Shown here: in pieces, positions 8,087 through 18,184 of the stretch | Layout: every line of letters starts with the position of its first letter | How positions within the stretch are numbered: the stretch's first letter is position 1 | IMG/VR virus record: IMGVR_UViG_3300045988_174550 | From: a virus | Length of the DNA: 62,134 bases | Direction: 5' to 3' (one strand) | Notes under the pieces: generated by a model | Seen by the model: the letters and a program-made list of their open reading frames with translations, nothing else | Databases searched by the model: none | What the model was told of the DNA's origin: nothing | Program-made: the position numbers and the translations under genes

Positions 8087-8620
8087 ATGAGATATTTTAA
8101 TCCTTTGACGAAAGAGATCGTCAGTAAACGTGATTTGACCGTTTTGCTGAATATGTCCGTACCTGACGGAACTGGTAAAATCGGTGATTGGTGGCTCCTG
8201 CATGAGGGCGAGCGTCCTTATGGTTTCGATGTCGATGAACAGCGTGTTGCAGAGGGGGAGATAGTTTTTGCCGACGGGCGTTATGTCCAGACGTATGTTC
8301 TGGAGAGCCTGCCGGAGGAAGCCGTCGTCGCCGCGAAGTTACGGCGCGCCAAGGAACGTCGCGCATTGTCGGTGTCTTCTGCGGTTGTGGAAATCGATGG
8401 GCTCGTATTCAATGCCTCTCTTGATTCCATCTACCGCATGAACGCGGTCCTTTTCGCGGCGCAGTTGGATGCCAAGCCGGATTCCACTGTGGTGCAATGG
8501 GTCATGGCGAATAATGTGGTTCGGACGGTATCGCTGCGCCAGTTGAGCGCGGCGTATATACAGGCAGTCGAACGCTTGGTGTACGATTGGCCTGAAGTCT
8601 ATACTGAGTTGAATAAGTAA
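8087..8620 (+). CDS. Second DUF4376-like tail fibre assembly-type protein
   Basis: SD GGAG. The segment EIDGLVFNASLDSIYRMNAVLFAAQ is typical of that domain. Confidence 0.5.
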   Translation: MRYFNPLTKEIVSKRDLTVLLNMSVPDGTGKIGDWWLLHEGERPYGFDVDEQRVAEGEIVFADGRYVQTYVLESLPEEAVVAAKLRRAKERRALSVSSAVVEIDGLVFNASLDSIYRMNAVLFAAQLDAKPDSTVVQWVMANNVVRTVSLRQLSAAYIQAVERLVYDWPEVYTELNK

Positions 8621-8704
8621 TGGTTACGGTGCTGCATGGTTGACTCTACATCAGCCGCGTGGTAATGAATTCAACGAACGGGCGAATGTGAGGATCTTTA
8701 CAGA

Positions 8705-10972
8705 ATGGCGAAAATCAATCCTTTGGTCTACAAAAACGACAGCCATCGGCCAGCGGGTGACGGGGACACGTTGAAGCCCTCGCTCATCCTGGTCGACTCG
8801 TCTGTGCAGGGCAAGCCGCTGCTCAAGAACGATGTCGAGAAGGGCCTTTCGGCTGTCGCTGCCGATGCGCTTTCGGGCGACGCGGACAACGCGCTGAAGC
8901 TTGGCGGTGACGGTGCGTTGATGTTGCGGCTTTCCGACGTCGTTTCGGCGGACGGAGACAGTATTCTTGAGCTCGGTACGGATAAGAAGCTTGCGGTGAA
9001 GCCGCGTGAGCTTTCCACCGACGAGGACAACTATCTCCGCTATGGCAACGACGGCGGCTTTTACATCTCCGGTCCGGATATCCTGTCCGACACGGCGGGC
9101 AACCCTCTCACCACAGGTGCGGACGGGAAGATTCTTCTGAATCCTTGTCTGTTGCCGAAGATTCCGCCTATCGTTTCTGAGCAGGCGGGAAATCTCATCA
9201 CCAAAGACCGCGCAGACGACAGCGCTCTTCTGCTCTATGCGGACGTCGTGTCGCCCGATGTCGGGAACATGATTGCTTCCGACGCGGCAAACAAGCTCAA
9301 GGTGACGGCGTCTACCGTTTCCTCGGCCAATGCCGCAAACTGCATCACGGTCGACGACTCCGGGCGGCTTATCGTGCTTCCGGCTTCCATCATTGACCGT
9401 GGAGACGGGTGCCTGCCGGACAATCTCATCGTCCTCAGCAACGCCAACAAGCTCATGCTCAAGCTCGGGCTGCGCTATGACGCGCTCTCGGGTCGGCTGG
9501 ACCTTTTGGACACGCATAACGCTCCCGTTGCGACCGTGTCCATTCCGACGGCGACTTCCATCTTGGAGAGCGTGGCGCTTGAGGATAATCCCGTCGGGCA
9601 GCCTGAAGGTCGGTATCTGCACTTCGCCTTCCGCAAGTCGGACGGCACGGTCGTGAATACCTACGTGGACATGTCGTCCCTGAAGGACGTGTATACGTCC
9701 GGTAAGGGCATTGAGATTCACGACATGGCGGTCAATGTGAAGCTTGCACCGCGTGATTCGGGGCTTTCCTTCGACGACGCAGGATGCTTGCAGGCCGGAT
9801 TCACCGATCTTGCCGGGCCGGGTCTTGTGGTTACCGAGGACCCCGAGAGCCTCGGCAAGCAGTTCGAGGTGGCGGTCTGCGAAGGCATCACGCTCACCAA
9901 GCACTTTACCCATGACGGGACGGAAGTGCGTGCGGTGGCGGTCAATCTTGACCCTGAGCAGAAGATTCTTGGGCTTGTCCCTGACCCTGATGAGCGGGCT
10001 TGCCCGACGCTTGGGTCGAAGCTCGAATTTACTGCCGCCTCCGTCGCCGAAACGCTTGCCGCTGCGGACATGGTGCTGAATGGTTTCGATGGTCAGGTCG
10101 TGGATACGTTCCGTTTCTCCGGTCCTTTTACGGCGGTAGAAAGGGATGCGGGTGCTGGCACGCCCCCCATTGTCAGATTCAATCTCAGCGAAGCGGCTGA
10201 TGCCGTAGGCAATATCGTCGTCGATGCTGATACGAACGAAGCCGAGCTTTATATCAAGCCGGATGAAACTGACCTCTTCCTCGGCGTGAATGCCGAGCAC
10301 GAGCTGACTGCGACGCTGAAGACGCGGTGGGACGATGACAAGAGCTCGGTGGTAATCATCGGCCGCAAAGAAAAGCTCGCTTCTGAAGTTCGTGTCCCGG
10401 TGCTTAAGTCGTACACCACGACGCCGACGATTGCCGAGAAGAAAGGCCATCGGTTCCTCAAGGTTGATTCCGCATCGACGCTTGCGGACACGTCCGTTGT
10501 CAATGCTACGGCGGCTGAAGTACAGCTTCCTGACGACGTGGTGGTGACGGCGGTCAAGACGACTCCGGTATTTACGACGGAGACGCCTGATAGCGGTCCT
10601 GCGGTCACGAGTATGCAGGTCGAGGCGGAAGTAATGCAGAGCAACGGTACCAAGATTGTGGCCACGGCCGAGAAGGTTCAGGTACCTATGCCGCGTACGC
10701 TGGCGGCGATCTCTGATACGCTTGCCCTCAAGGACCGGGAAGGTGTCAAGTACCTGACGGCCAAGACCACGGCCACGATGGACAGCGGCGCGCCTATAGA
10801 GTCCTCCCTTGTGGAAGTGGCGTTGCCTCCCACGGTGAAGTCCCTTTCCGGCACGTTGACCGGAACCAATACGACCGCCGACCCGTGGGTAATCAAGCTG
10901 ACGCTCACAATGACTGATGGTACGAAGGTGAAAGGCGATGTGAATTTGGCGGCTATGGTACAGCATCTGTAA
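8705..10972 (+). CDS. Large tail fibre/spike-like virion protein
   Basis: 755-aa ORF with SD GAGGA, next to fibre and chaperone genes. Composition is beta-rich and Thr/Ser/Val/Asp-rich. No enzymatic motif seen. Confidence 0.55.
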   Translation: MAKINPLVYKNDSHRPAGDGDTLKPSLILVDSSVQGKPLLKNDVEKGLSAVAADALSGDADNALKLGGDGALMLRLSDVVSADGDSILELGTDKKLAVKPRELSTDEDNYLRYGNDGGFYISGPDILSDTAGNPLTTGADGKILLNPCLLPKIPPIVSEQAGNLITKDRADDSALLLYADVVSPDVGNMIASDAANKLKVTASTVSSANAANCITVDDSGRLIVLPASIIDRGDGCLPDNLIVLSNANKLMLKLGLRYDALSGRLDLLDTHNAPVATVSIPTATSILESVALEDNPVGQPEGRYLHFAFRKSDGTVVNTYVDMSSLKDVYTSGKGIEIHDMAVNVKLAPRDSGLSFDDAGCLQAGFTDLAGPGLVVTEDPESLGKQFEVAVCEGITLTKHFTHDGTEVRAVAVNLDPEQKILGLVPDPDERACPTLGSKLEFTAASVAETLAAADMVLNGFDGQVVDTFRFSGPFTAVERDAGAGTPPIVRFNLSEAADAVGNIVVDADTNEAELYIKPDETDLFLGVNAEHELTATLKTRWDDDKSSVVIIGRKEKLASEVRVPVLKSYTTTPTIAEKKGHRFLKVDSASTLADTSVVNATAAEVQLPDDVVVTAVKTTPVFTTETPDSGPAVTSMQVEAEVMQSNGTKIVATAEKVQVPMPRTLAAISDTLALKDREGVKYLTAKTTATMDSGAPIESSLVEVALPPTVKSLSGTLTGTNTTADPWVIKLTLTMTDGTKVKGDVNLAAMVQHL

Positions 10973-11033
10973 ATCGATCATTGTTTGCTACCTGCGTATA
11001 TATTCAATAACCTATAAATAGGAGTTTCCAGTT

Positions 11034-11132
11034 ATGGAAGGTCTTCCGGTTTCTTATTCGCTGAACAGTGGCGATAACGGCAACAATTGGTGGGGCGATT
11101 TTATTGGTGCCGCTATCGGTGGTGCCGCCTAA
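11034..11132 (+). CDS. Small Gly-rich peptide (32 aa, MEGLPVSYSLNSGDNGNNWWGDFIGAAIGGAA); not in the ORF track
   Basis: SD TAGGAG lies 8 nt before the ATG, in an otherwise non-coding 180-nt gap. Confidence 0.3.
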   Translation: MEGLPVSYSLNSGDNGNNWWGDFIGAAIGGAA

Positions 11133-11155
11133 ATCCTCTCTTTAAGGAGAAGCAC

Positions 11156-11722
11156 ATGCCTATCAGTCTTGTGATTTTACGGGGCAAGAATGGCGGCGGA
11201 GGAGGTAGCCGGGATGAGTCGCGGCGGGGAGAACCCCGCAACGAATCTCAGTACGAGAGTCGAGGCGAAGGCCGCAATTTCATGCGTAGCGGCGGGTATT
11301 CCCCCGAAGACACCATGTGGTTCGTCGATGATGAAGGACGCAATGAACCTCGTCAGCTTGGGTATTTGCGTGCTCACGAAGGCGGCGGACGCCAAGATGA
11401 AACGGTCGAGCATCTCAAGCACGAAATCAAGCGGCTCAGCGAGCAGCTTGAACGTATGGGCAAGGGTGGTTCCAAACGCGACAAAGGACTTGAAGAAGCC
11501 GAACGCATCATGCCCGAACTTATCCTCGATGCTGCCGAAGTCGTCGAAAATCCTCCCAAGACATGGGATAAGTATCTCAAGGAAGGCAAGATTGCGGACA
11601 TCATCCGCATGGAAGGTAAAGAGTTCATGACTGCTATTGAAAAGGCGGAGAGTGTGGAGCATTTCCTGAAGGAAGCGACGCATACTCTGGCGGCAGTCAT
11701 GATGTTCTGCGCCGAAAAGTAA
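11156..11722 (+). CDS. Hypothetical protein (low-complexity Gly/Arg/Glu N-terminus, helical C-terminus)
   Basis: SD AAGGAGAAG before ATG 11156. Confidence 0.55.
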   Translation: MPISLVILRGKNGGGGGSRDESRRGEPRNESQYESRGEGRNFMRSGGYSPEDTMWFVDDEGRNEPRQLGYLRAHEGGGRQDETVEHLKHEIKRLSEQLERMGKGGSKRDKGLEEAERIMPELILDAAEVVENPPKTWDKYLKEGKIADIIRMEGKEFMTAIEKAESVEHFLKEATHTLAAVMMFCAEK

Positions 11723-11746
11723 GCCTGAGCATAAGGAGCGTATGCT

Positions 11747-12247
11747 ATGGCCTCTGAATACAGACAGATTTTCCCATCCGAGCTCGTGTTTGAGAACATG
11801 AAGTGGCGTCTCATATACGACCCGGCGAATCCTGTGATGGTGAAGCCGGACCTCAGCCATTCGAAAGTCATACGGTATACGTGTGATGCCGTGAAGCTGT
11901 CGGGGCAGGATAACCCCTTCTATCTGGCGACATTGAATATCGTCATTCCGGCGCAGCTCCAGAATGGGGATGTGGTGGCGATGGACAGGATGTTGTTGGG
12001 GGTACGTATTTATCCGCAGCCGATTGCCGGCCTTGCACAGATCAAGCCTGCGGAGCTTCTCTACTATGTGGCCGAGCCTGTTTTTGGAACTGAAGGCAGC
12101 CGGGCGCAGACGCTGTTCAATTTACTGATTGGGCAGGCGTACGAAGAGAGCAAGAAGCAGGATGAAATTGTGGATCGCACATGGGGGCATGACCTTCTCT
12201 GTGCGGCCACCGAGCCGGAACAAGCTTCGGAGGGGAATGAATCATGA
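11747..12247 (+). CDS. Hypothetical protein
   Basis: 166-aa ORF with SD AAGGAG upstream. Confidence 0.55.
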   Translation: MASEYRQIFPSELVFENMKWRLIYDPANPVMVKPDLSHSKVIRYTCDAVKLSGQDNPFYLATLNIVIPAQLQNGDVVAMDRMLLGVRIYPQPIAGLAQIKPAELLYYVAEPVFGTEGSRAQTLFNLLIGQAYEESKKQDEIVDRTWGHDLLCAATEPEQASEGNES

Positions 12248-12489
12248 GTTGGTCGACTGAAACGGAATTCGACGTAACGAAGCGTCTGTTGAAAAGGGCC
12301 AAGCAATACGACCGCCAGTTTCAGACTGCCCCCGAACTGCTCTCTGTTGCCGTGAAAGGCGCGATGCCTTGGGCGGCTTCGGTAGTTCGGGGGCAGCATG
12401 TCCCGGTATCCGTACTTGAGACGCTGTGTGCGCAGCTTCTTACCATCGTACTGGCGAGCGAGGCGGACGATTCTGAGTCGCAGCAGTAA
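12244..12489 (+). CDS. Hypothetical protein
   Basis: ATGA overlap with the upstream gene. 81 aa. Confidence 0.5.
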   Translation: MSWSTETEFDVTKRLLKRAKQYDRQFQTAPELLSVAVKGAMPWAASVVRGQHVPVSVLETLCAQLLTIVLASEADDSESQQ

Positions 12490-12499
12490 GGAGGCAGCT

Positions 12500-12973
12500 A
12501 TGCAGAATTCGTTGTCGCCTGCGCGGTGGCCTTCCTTGGCACAGGACTTGGCGATTATGAATGCGCCGAGTTCTCCCATTACAGACCTTTCGCAGATTTT
12601 TTCTGCTTACGATATAGATGAGCCGACGCTTTGTCGGCTTTTGACTACTCCCAAATTTCAGGTCATGGTCAAGACGGCCATGCAGGACATGCGTGCGCTC
12701 GGCAACAAGGCGGCGCATGTTTATCGTTCGCAGACGCTCGCGCAAGCGCTTTCCGAGCATCTTTATACGCAAGCCATCAGCGGTGCGATAGAGGCGAAGG
12801 AAGCATTGAAACTTCTTGAACTTTTGCTGAAGTCGAGCGGGTTGATGAATGAAGGCAAGGAAGCCACGGTCAATGTGCAGACAAACGTTGGTGTGAATCT
12901 TCCCGTGCCGCAGGGCCTCAGTAATCCGAAGCTCGACCACCTCAAGGTAGTGGAGGGGGCCACGGATGTTTAA
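12500..12973 (+). CDS. Putative terminase small subunit (called by position)
   Basis: SD TAAGGAGG before ATG 12500. It overlaps the large terminase start. No motif-level support. Confidence 0.4.
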   Translation: MQNSLSPARWPSLAQDLAIMNAPSSPITDLSQIFSAYDIDEPTLCRLLTTPKFQVMVKTAMQDMRALGNKAAHVYRSQTLAQALSEHLYTQAISGAIEAKEALKLLELLLKSSGLMNEGKEATVNVQTNVGVNLPVPQGLSNPKLDHLKVVEGATDV

Positions 12974-14465
12974 CTATGTCATGTCCCCTACGGGGAAAGA
13001 ATTCCACGAGTGCGACGCCAAAGTGAAGATGCTGTGCGGGCCTTTTGGTTCCGGCAAGTCCTGCTGTTGCGCTGTGGATGTTCTGACTTACGCCTGCGCG
13101 CAGGCTCCAGCGCCTGATGGCGTACGGTATTCACGGGCGGGCATCGTCCGTTCGACGTATCCGGAACTGCTCTCAACCACGCGGCGGTCGCTTGTTGAAG
13201 TCATGCCGCAGGGATACGGCGATATCAACATGGCCGGGTCGCCCATGATGGGCGTCTATCGGTTTCCTTTAGCTGACGGTACCACGGTCAATCTGGAGCT
13301 CCAGCTTCTCGCGTTGCGCACGCCGCAGGACGAGCCCCGCGTCCGGTCGTTGAACTGGACATTCGCATGGATTAACGAAGCGACGAGTATCTGCCCGGAA
13401 GTCATGTCGTTCGTCCTTGCTCGTGTCGGGCGTTTTCCTCCTGCGGATATGGGCGGCATCTCGTGGGGCGGCGTCATCATGGATTTCAATATGCCGGAAT
13501 CGGGGTCGTGGCTTTATGAGTACATGAACAATCCGGAGGACAATTGGAAGCTTTTCCGGCAGCCTCCAGCCGCGTTCAAGATTTCCGATGAGAACGGAAC
13601 TCGATACGAGATGAATCCGAATGCGGAGAATCTTCGTAATCTCGGTTCGAAGGAACCGGGCGATCCTGAAGACTTCACAGCCGAGTCTCGTGGGATGCGG
13701 TATTACGACAACCAGATTCGGTCATGGCTCAAGCAGGGGCGGACGGACGTCGTCGATAATCTATATTGCATGTTGGACGTGCCCATCATTGATGGCAAGC
13801 CTGTCTATCCTGATTTTCGTACGGGTAAACATGTGGCGGACGTCGAGATACAGCCGCTGGCATTCCATAATGTCATCATCGGCATGGACCAGTCCGGCAT
13901 TCATCCGGCCGCCGTCATCTTGCAGAATCAAAATGGCAAGTGGTGCGTGCTTGACGAGCTTTACGCCGACGGCGAAGGGCTTGAGAATTTCCTCTATGGG
14001 ATGCTTGTACCGCTTCTGCGCACCAAGTACTCGACCAATGAAGTCGTAGCGGCCATTGACCCGAGCAATACTCGTGATTCGTGGCAGGCGATCACGCCGA
14101 AGCGCAGGCTTGAGGAATTGGGTATTGTTGCGGTGACGGAGATATCGAACAGCCCCAAATTGCGTATTCAGGTCGTGGAGCATATGTTGAATGTAGATAC
14201 CGGTGGGTTGCTTGTGAATCCGACATGCAAGCTGTTGGTTAAAGGCTTTCAACATGAATATCGTTATAGGAAGCTTCGGGCGTCCGGGTCGGCGGGAGAA
14301 GCTTATACGCCGTCGCCCGAGAAAAATGAGGTTTCCCACGTCCATGATGCTTTACAATACGCGGCTTTACTTATAAACCAAGGACAGAGGACTGATTCAA
14401 GGCAAGTGCAACGGCTATCTGAAAGTATTCAGAGCAAGCGTAGAGTCCTCAGCAAAATTCTTTAG
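12966..14465 (+). CDS. terL: Terminase large subunit
   Basis: Walker A CGPFGSGKS near the N-terminus. Size (499 aa) and position before the portal fit. Confidence 0.85.
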   Translation: MFNYVMSPTGKEFHECDAKVKMLCGPFGSGKSCCCAVDVLTYACAQAPAPDGVRYSRAGIVRSTYPELLSTTRRSLVEVMPQGYGDINMAGSPMMGVYRFPLADGTTVNLELQLLALRTPQDEPRVRSLNWTFAWINEATSICPEVMSFVLARVGRFPPADMGGISWGGVIMDFNMPESGSWLYEYMNNPEDNWKLFRQPPAAFKISDENGTRYEMNPNAENLRNLGSKEPGDPEDFTAESRGMRYYDNQIRSWLKQGRTDVVDNLYCMLDVPIIDGKPVYPDFRTGKHVADVEIQPLAFHNVIIGMDQSGIHPAAVILQNQNGKWCVLDELYADGEGLENFLYGMLVPLLRTKYSTNEVVAAIDPSNTRDSWQAITPKRRLEELGIVAVTEISNSPKLRIQVVEHMLNVDTGGLLVNPTCKLLVKGFQHEYRYRKLRASGSAGEAYTPSPEKNEVSHVHDALQYAALLINQGQRTDSRQVQRLSESIQSKRRVLSKIL

Positions 14466-14473
14466 GCGGCATC

Positions 14474-16465
14474 ATGAGCGACGAAAGCAACGATAGCATC
14501 AAGTGGTTGCAAGAGATTGAAGATATTCCGGCCAAGGCTGAAGATCCGTTGGCGCGGGAAGTTTTGCGTCGTTTCAACGGTGCCGTCTCGTGGCAGTCCA
14601 GCGAACAGGTGAATGGTAAGAGCCTGCGCACGGTGCTCGAAGAATGCTGGCAACAGCAGAATGGTGTGCTTTCCTGCGCGGACAAGGAAGTGGCTGCTAC
14701 TTTGGGCGTCGATGCCGTTATCAACATGACGGCTTTGAAGACCGGCACGGCGATGGCGTATCTGCGTGATTCCCTTATTGGAGGGAGTTCCGAGCTGCCG
14801 TGGGTCATCCGGCCTACGCCGCGTCCAACGTTGTCTCCTGATGCGCAGGATGCGGTCCTTGATGAGCTCAAGCGTGAGTTCTTTTCCGGGCAGTATATGG
14901 ACGGCCCGAGTATGATTGCAGGCATTCAGCAATTGAAGCGGATGCAGGCGCGCAAAGAGCAGGAAAAGGCCGAGAGATCGGCCACGGCCATGATGTACCT
15001 CATCGAGGACCAATGTGCCGAGGGCGGTTTCAATCGGGCGTTGAATGATTTTCTTCAGTATTTTACGGTTTATCCCTTCGCTGTTTTTACCGGACCTTAC
15101 ATCGTACGAGCACCGAAGCTTATTTGGGGCAGACATAAGCCACGTATGAGCACGGAGGTCTTTCCCGCTTTTCGTGCGGTCAGTCCGTTCGATTTCTGCT
15201 ATTCTCCTGATTCGCCTGACACGCAGCGCGGTTCCTGTGTTTTTACAAGGACGCTCTGGACGCGGCGTCAGCTTTTGGACGCGACCAAGCTTCCCTCATA
15301 CATAACGAAGAACGTGCTGGATTTGTTGAAAGATTGCGACAGCAACGTTGACTTCAATCTCCAGTGGCTCAGTCGCGCTCCCGATTCCCCGCAGCGGAAT
15401 CTTTCTCTGTGGAGTTCCAACGTTTCGCCCATCGAGGTACTCACGCATTACGGTGTACTCTCCGGGCGGGAGTTGTCCAATTATGAACTGACCGGACTTG
15501 ACGACGACGAGTTCTATAACTGCGAGATTGCGATGGCCGGGCATAAGGTCATCATGGTTAAGGTGAATCGGGACCCGAGAATGGACACTCGTCCCATTTA
15601 CACCACAAGTTTTTACCGGACGAACGGCGACCGCATTGCCGGTGACGGCATTGCGCAGCGTCTACGGGATGTAGAGCGCGCTTATCAGGCCAGCTTGCGG
15701 TATCTTATGCGCAACGCGGCGAACGCTTCTGCACCGCTCTGTGAAGCTGATTACAACCGGCTCATCAAGCACATGTCCGAGGGTGATTTCGGCAATGTGG
15801 TGCCGGGCATGATGTATTTGGCCGATAGCGATGTGAGCAACCAGCAGCAGCCTGCGCTCCGTTTTTTCAATATTCCTTCGAATATCCCCGCGTACATGCA
15901 GCTGATGGAGATGTTCATGCAGATCGGTGACCGGGTGACGAACATCCCGGCGGCACTGCATGGCGAAGCGGTGGGGTCTGGCGCGATGCGCACTTTCCGT
16001 GGGATGTCTATGTTGCAGGGGAACGCGACGAAGGCTTTCCACGCGGCTGTAAGTAATCTGACGACGGATGTGTTTGAACCGCTCGGAACGCTCCTGTATA
16101 ATTACAACATGTTGTATTCACAGGATAAAGACGTTAAGGGCGATTCGCAGATTATCACGAAAGGCGCGGAAGGGCTTCTTCAGAAAGAGATGGAGAAGCA
16201 GAGCGCGATGGAGATATTGCAGCTTGTCGGTTCTGCCGGAGCTTCATTGAACGGCGTTATCAATGTCGCACCTGTGCTTGCATGGAGTTTGAAGAAGCTT
16301 TTGGGCAGTATGGGTGTGCCGGATGATGTCATTAGCGCGACTGGCGCGCCGACGCCCTCCGGAGCTGGAGTAACTGGCGTGACGGCGGGTCCTGACCCGA
16401 ATCCCGCGCCACCATCTCCGGAAGGAGAAGGTGTTATGGCGGATGTGAATGGAGGCGAATCGTGA
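14474..16465 (+). CDS. Portal protein
   Basis: 663-aa ORF directly after terL, with an acidic/Gly-Pro C-terminal tail. Called by position and size. Confidence 0.7.
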   Translation: MSDESNDSIKWLQEIEDIPAKAEDPLAREVLRRFNGAVSWQSSEQVNGKSLRTVLEECWQQQNGVLSCADKEVAATLGVDAVINMTALKTGTAMAYLRDSLIGGSSELPWVIRPTPRPTLSPDAQDAVLDELKREFFSGQYMDGPSMIAGIQQLKRMQARKEQEKAERSATAMMYLIEDQCAEGGFNRALNDFLQYFTVYPFAVFTGPYIVRAPKLIWGRHKPRMSTEVFPAFRAVSPFDFCYSPDSPDTQRGSCVFTRTLWTRRQLLDATKLPSYITKNVLDLLKDCDSNVDFNLQWLSRAPDSPQRNLSLWSSNVSPIEVLTHYGVLSGRELSNYELTGLDDDEFYNCEIAMAGHKVIMVKVNRDPRMDTRPIYTTSFYRTNGDRIAGDGIAQRLRDVERAYQASLRYLMRNAANASAPLCEADYNRLIKHMSEGDFGNVVPGMMYLADSDVSNQQQPALRFFNIPSNIPAYMQLMEMFMQIGDRVTNIPAALHGEAVGSGAMRTFRGMSMLQGNATKAFHAAVSNLTTDVFEPLGTLLYNYNMLYSQDKDVKGDSQIITKGAEGLLQKEMEKQSAMEILQLVGSAGASLNGVINVAPVLAWSLKKLLGSMGVPDDVISATGAPTPSGAGVTGVTAGPDPNPAPPSPEGEGVMADVNGGES

Positions 16466-16719
16466 TGTTGTGGGATACGCCGAAGCCGCAGAAAGGGACG
16501 TGGTTCTATAAATTCTGCGCATTCTTCGTAGATCATATCAATTTCTGTGAAGGCTACTATTATGGCACTGAGATAGAAAAGCCCGAGAATACTATCTATA
16601 ACTGGTTGTATTCTCATTGGCTTTTTCCTTTCAAGCAGAATGGTTGCGTGTGCTGTAATGCGGTGCGCGGTGTGTTGTATGGAGCGGTAATCGGTTTCAT
16701 TTTCGGGAGTTTCCTATGA
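16465..16719 (+). CDS. Hypothetical small protein with a C-terminal hydrophobic segment
   Basis: Start overlaps the portal stop (GTGATG). Confidence 0.45.
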   Translation: MLWDTPKPQKGTWFYKFCAFFVDHINFCEGYYYGTEIEKPENTIYNWLYSHWLFPFKQNGCVCCNAVRGVLYGAVIGFIFGSFL

Positions 16720-17162
16720 GTGCTGTTCCTCTTTATGAAGCGACGAACGATACGGTTTTTTCCAGCGTTTTCGACGTCGCGCCGCGAAAGGTCTGTGTTC
16801 TTTTTGTAAGCGGTCTTGCCAAGCATAAGGTGCGGGTGGACCAGAAGGAAATCGTGTCGCCGCAGGCAGTCTGTATCCGGCGTCTGATTTTCGACTACAT
16901 ACCGTTGTTGAAGCCTACGGCCTGTGATTGGGTTTTCCGCATGAGCGACATACAGGAAAATAAAATTGTCGACCAAGTGGTGACGTCCATTCATTCGTGC
17001 TGGCAGTTGACACGGTGTAATAATCTCGGCATCATTGGGGTGCCGGGAAGCTATCGTATGGAATTGAATGACGTAACGGCCATCGGCAAGGTACAGGTCT
17101 ACGCCGAGATGTTCGACGCTGATGCGTTCCCGCCGCACGTCAAGGACCTTTTCTTCTCCTAG
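16716..17162 (+). CDS. Hypothetical protein
   Basis: SD GGGAG, ATGA overlap, 148 aa. Confidence 0.55.
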   Translation: MSAVPLYEATNDTVFSSVFDVAPRKVCVLFVSGLAKHKVRVDQKEIVSPQAVCIRRLIFDYIPLLKPTACDWVFRMSDIQENKIVDQVVTSIHSCWQLTRCNNLGIIGVPGSYRMELNDVTAIGKVQVYAEMFDADAFPPHVKDLFFS

Positions 17163-17171
17163 GAGATTCCG

Positions 17172-17561
17172 ATGAGCGATTCTTGTTGTTCTCTTGAATT
17201 TGCGAGAGGCGGCGTGATTGACGAGTCTTCCGTCACCAACTCGCAAATTGTAAACTCTACCGTTCAGGCTTCGACGATTACCGCAAGTTCGATTGAGATG
17301 CTGGCCAGCATCGATGCGGCTTCCGCTGTCGTTATTGCGGAAGCACTTGCGAAGCTTTCTTCGGCGCAGCTCAAATCGTTGGCCGAGGCCATCCACAATG
17401 CGCATGGTGCTGTGTACGGTGCGGAGCCTGTGAGGTCTTCCAGTGGCGAAGAGCTGCCTACTACGGTGGTCGGCCAGCGCACTTTCCTGCTCGGTGAACC
17501 GGACGCTTGGGAGATGCGCAAGGACGGATTGTGTGCCCCGGTATTCCGTTCTAAAGCGTGA
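17172..17561 (+). CDS. Hypothetical protein
   Basis: SD TAGGAGA, 129 aa. Confidence 0.55.
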   Translation: MSDSCCSLEFARGGVIDESSVTNSQIVNSTVQASTITASSIEMLASIDAASAVVIAEALAKLSSAQLKSLAEAIHNAHGAVYGAEPVRSSSGEELPTTVVGQRTFLLGEPDAWEMRKDGLCAPVFRSKA

Positions 17562-17581
17562 AGTGGGTAAGGAGTTTTCCT

Positions 17582-17770
17582 ATGTCATCGAAAAAGAAGG
17601 AACCTGTTATGGAGAAGAAGTCTGAAGCGCCGAAAGACGCGCGTACGCAGGCTATCCTTTTCCAGCAGGATTTCGAGCGGCAGATGCGCGACACCCGACG
17701 GCGGATGAATCCCGCATCGGGACATATCTATGAGTCCATGATGGGGCTCAGATACAAAGGAGATGCGTAA
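17582..17770 (+). CDS. Hypothetical small basic protein
   Basis: SD TAAGGAG before ATG 17582. Ends ...MGLRYKGDA. Confidence 0.45.
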   Translation: MSSKKKEPVMEKKSEAPKDARTQAILFQQDFERQMRDTRRRMNPASGHIYESMMGLRYKGDA

Positions 17771-17961
17771 TGGCATGTGGTCGTTGTGGAAACAACAATC
17801 GCGGTACCGGAGCGCCTACGGTGGTGACTTCCGGCAGGCCGGGCGGCAATACGCCGCGTCCGGGCGCTCCTACGGTGGTGACTTCCGGCAAGCCTACGGT
17901 GCATTCGCCGCTTCGTGATACCATCAGCGGATTGCGTTATGTACCCAACTCCGGACGATAA
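17770..17961 (+). CDS. Hypothetical small protein with an internal duplication (GAPTVVTSG[RK]P x2)
   Basis: A 22-nt identical repeat lies at 17815-17836 and 17869-17890. Ends ...SGLRYVPNSGR. Confidence 0.45.
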   Translation: MACGRCGNNNRGTGAPTVVTSGRPGGNTPRPGAPTVVTSGKPTVHSPLRDTISGLRYVPNSGR

Positions 17962-18184
17962 GGACCGTGTAAACCGCCTGATGGCTGTGATGGCCGCATC
18001 GGGCGTTTATGACGAGTTGATGGAGTATTTTGACTCCGTCGCGAAATACGAACAGGCACTGGCCGAGAAGACCGCATTGAACGCGCTTCTCCATACGGAG
18101 ACTACACCGCTTGCGCAGCGGCAGTTGGGGCGTGCGGCGGCTTATCAGGACCTTGTGCAGTTCATGAAGAAGTTCAAACAATAG
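17939..18184 (+). CDS. Hypothetical helical protein
   Basis: 81-aa ORF from ATG 17939, upstream of the scaffold gene. Confidence 0.45.
   Translation: MYPTPDDKDRVNRLMAVMAASGVYDELMEYFDSVAKYEQALAEKTALNALLHTETTPLAQRQLGRAAAYQDLVQFMKKFKQ

Noticed and set aside
3137-10972. Diversity-generating retroelement acting on the tail fibre genes
   Set aside because: No reverse transcriptase ORF exists in any frame. The internal repeats are in-frame domain duplications with identical sequence, not a template/variable pair with adenine-specific differences.
8651-10981. Very long antisense ORFs: 8651-10981 (-), 18610-21504 (-), 30650-32698 (-), 35335-38163 (-), 4088-5482 (-), 48553-50340 (+), 46718-47914 (+), 55309-56232 (+), 56794-57756 (+)
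   Set aside because: They are shadow ORFs, typical of G+C-rich DNA. Their products are Arg/His/Gly-rich and low-complexity. They lie opposite genes with clear motifs or SD-linked starts.
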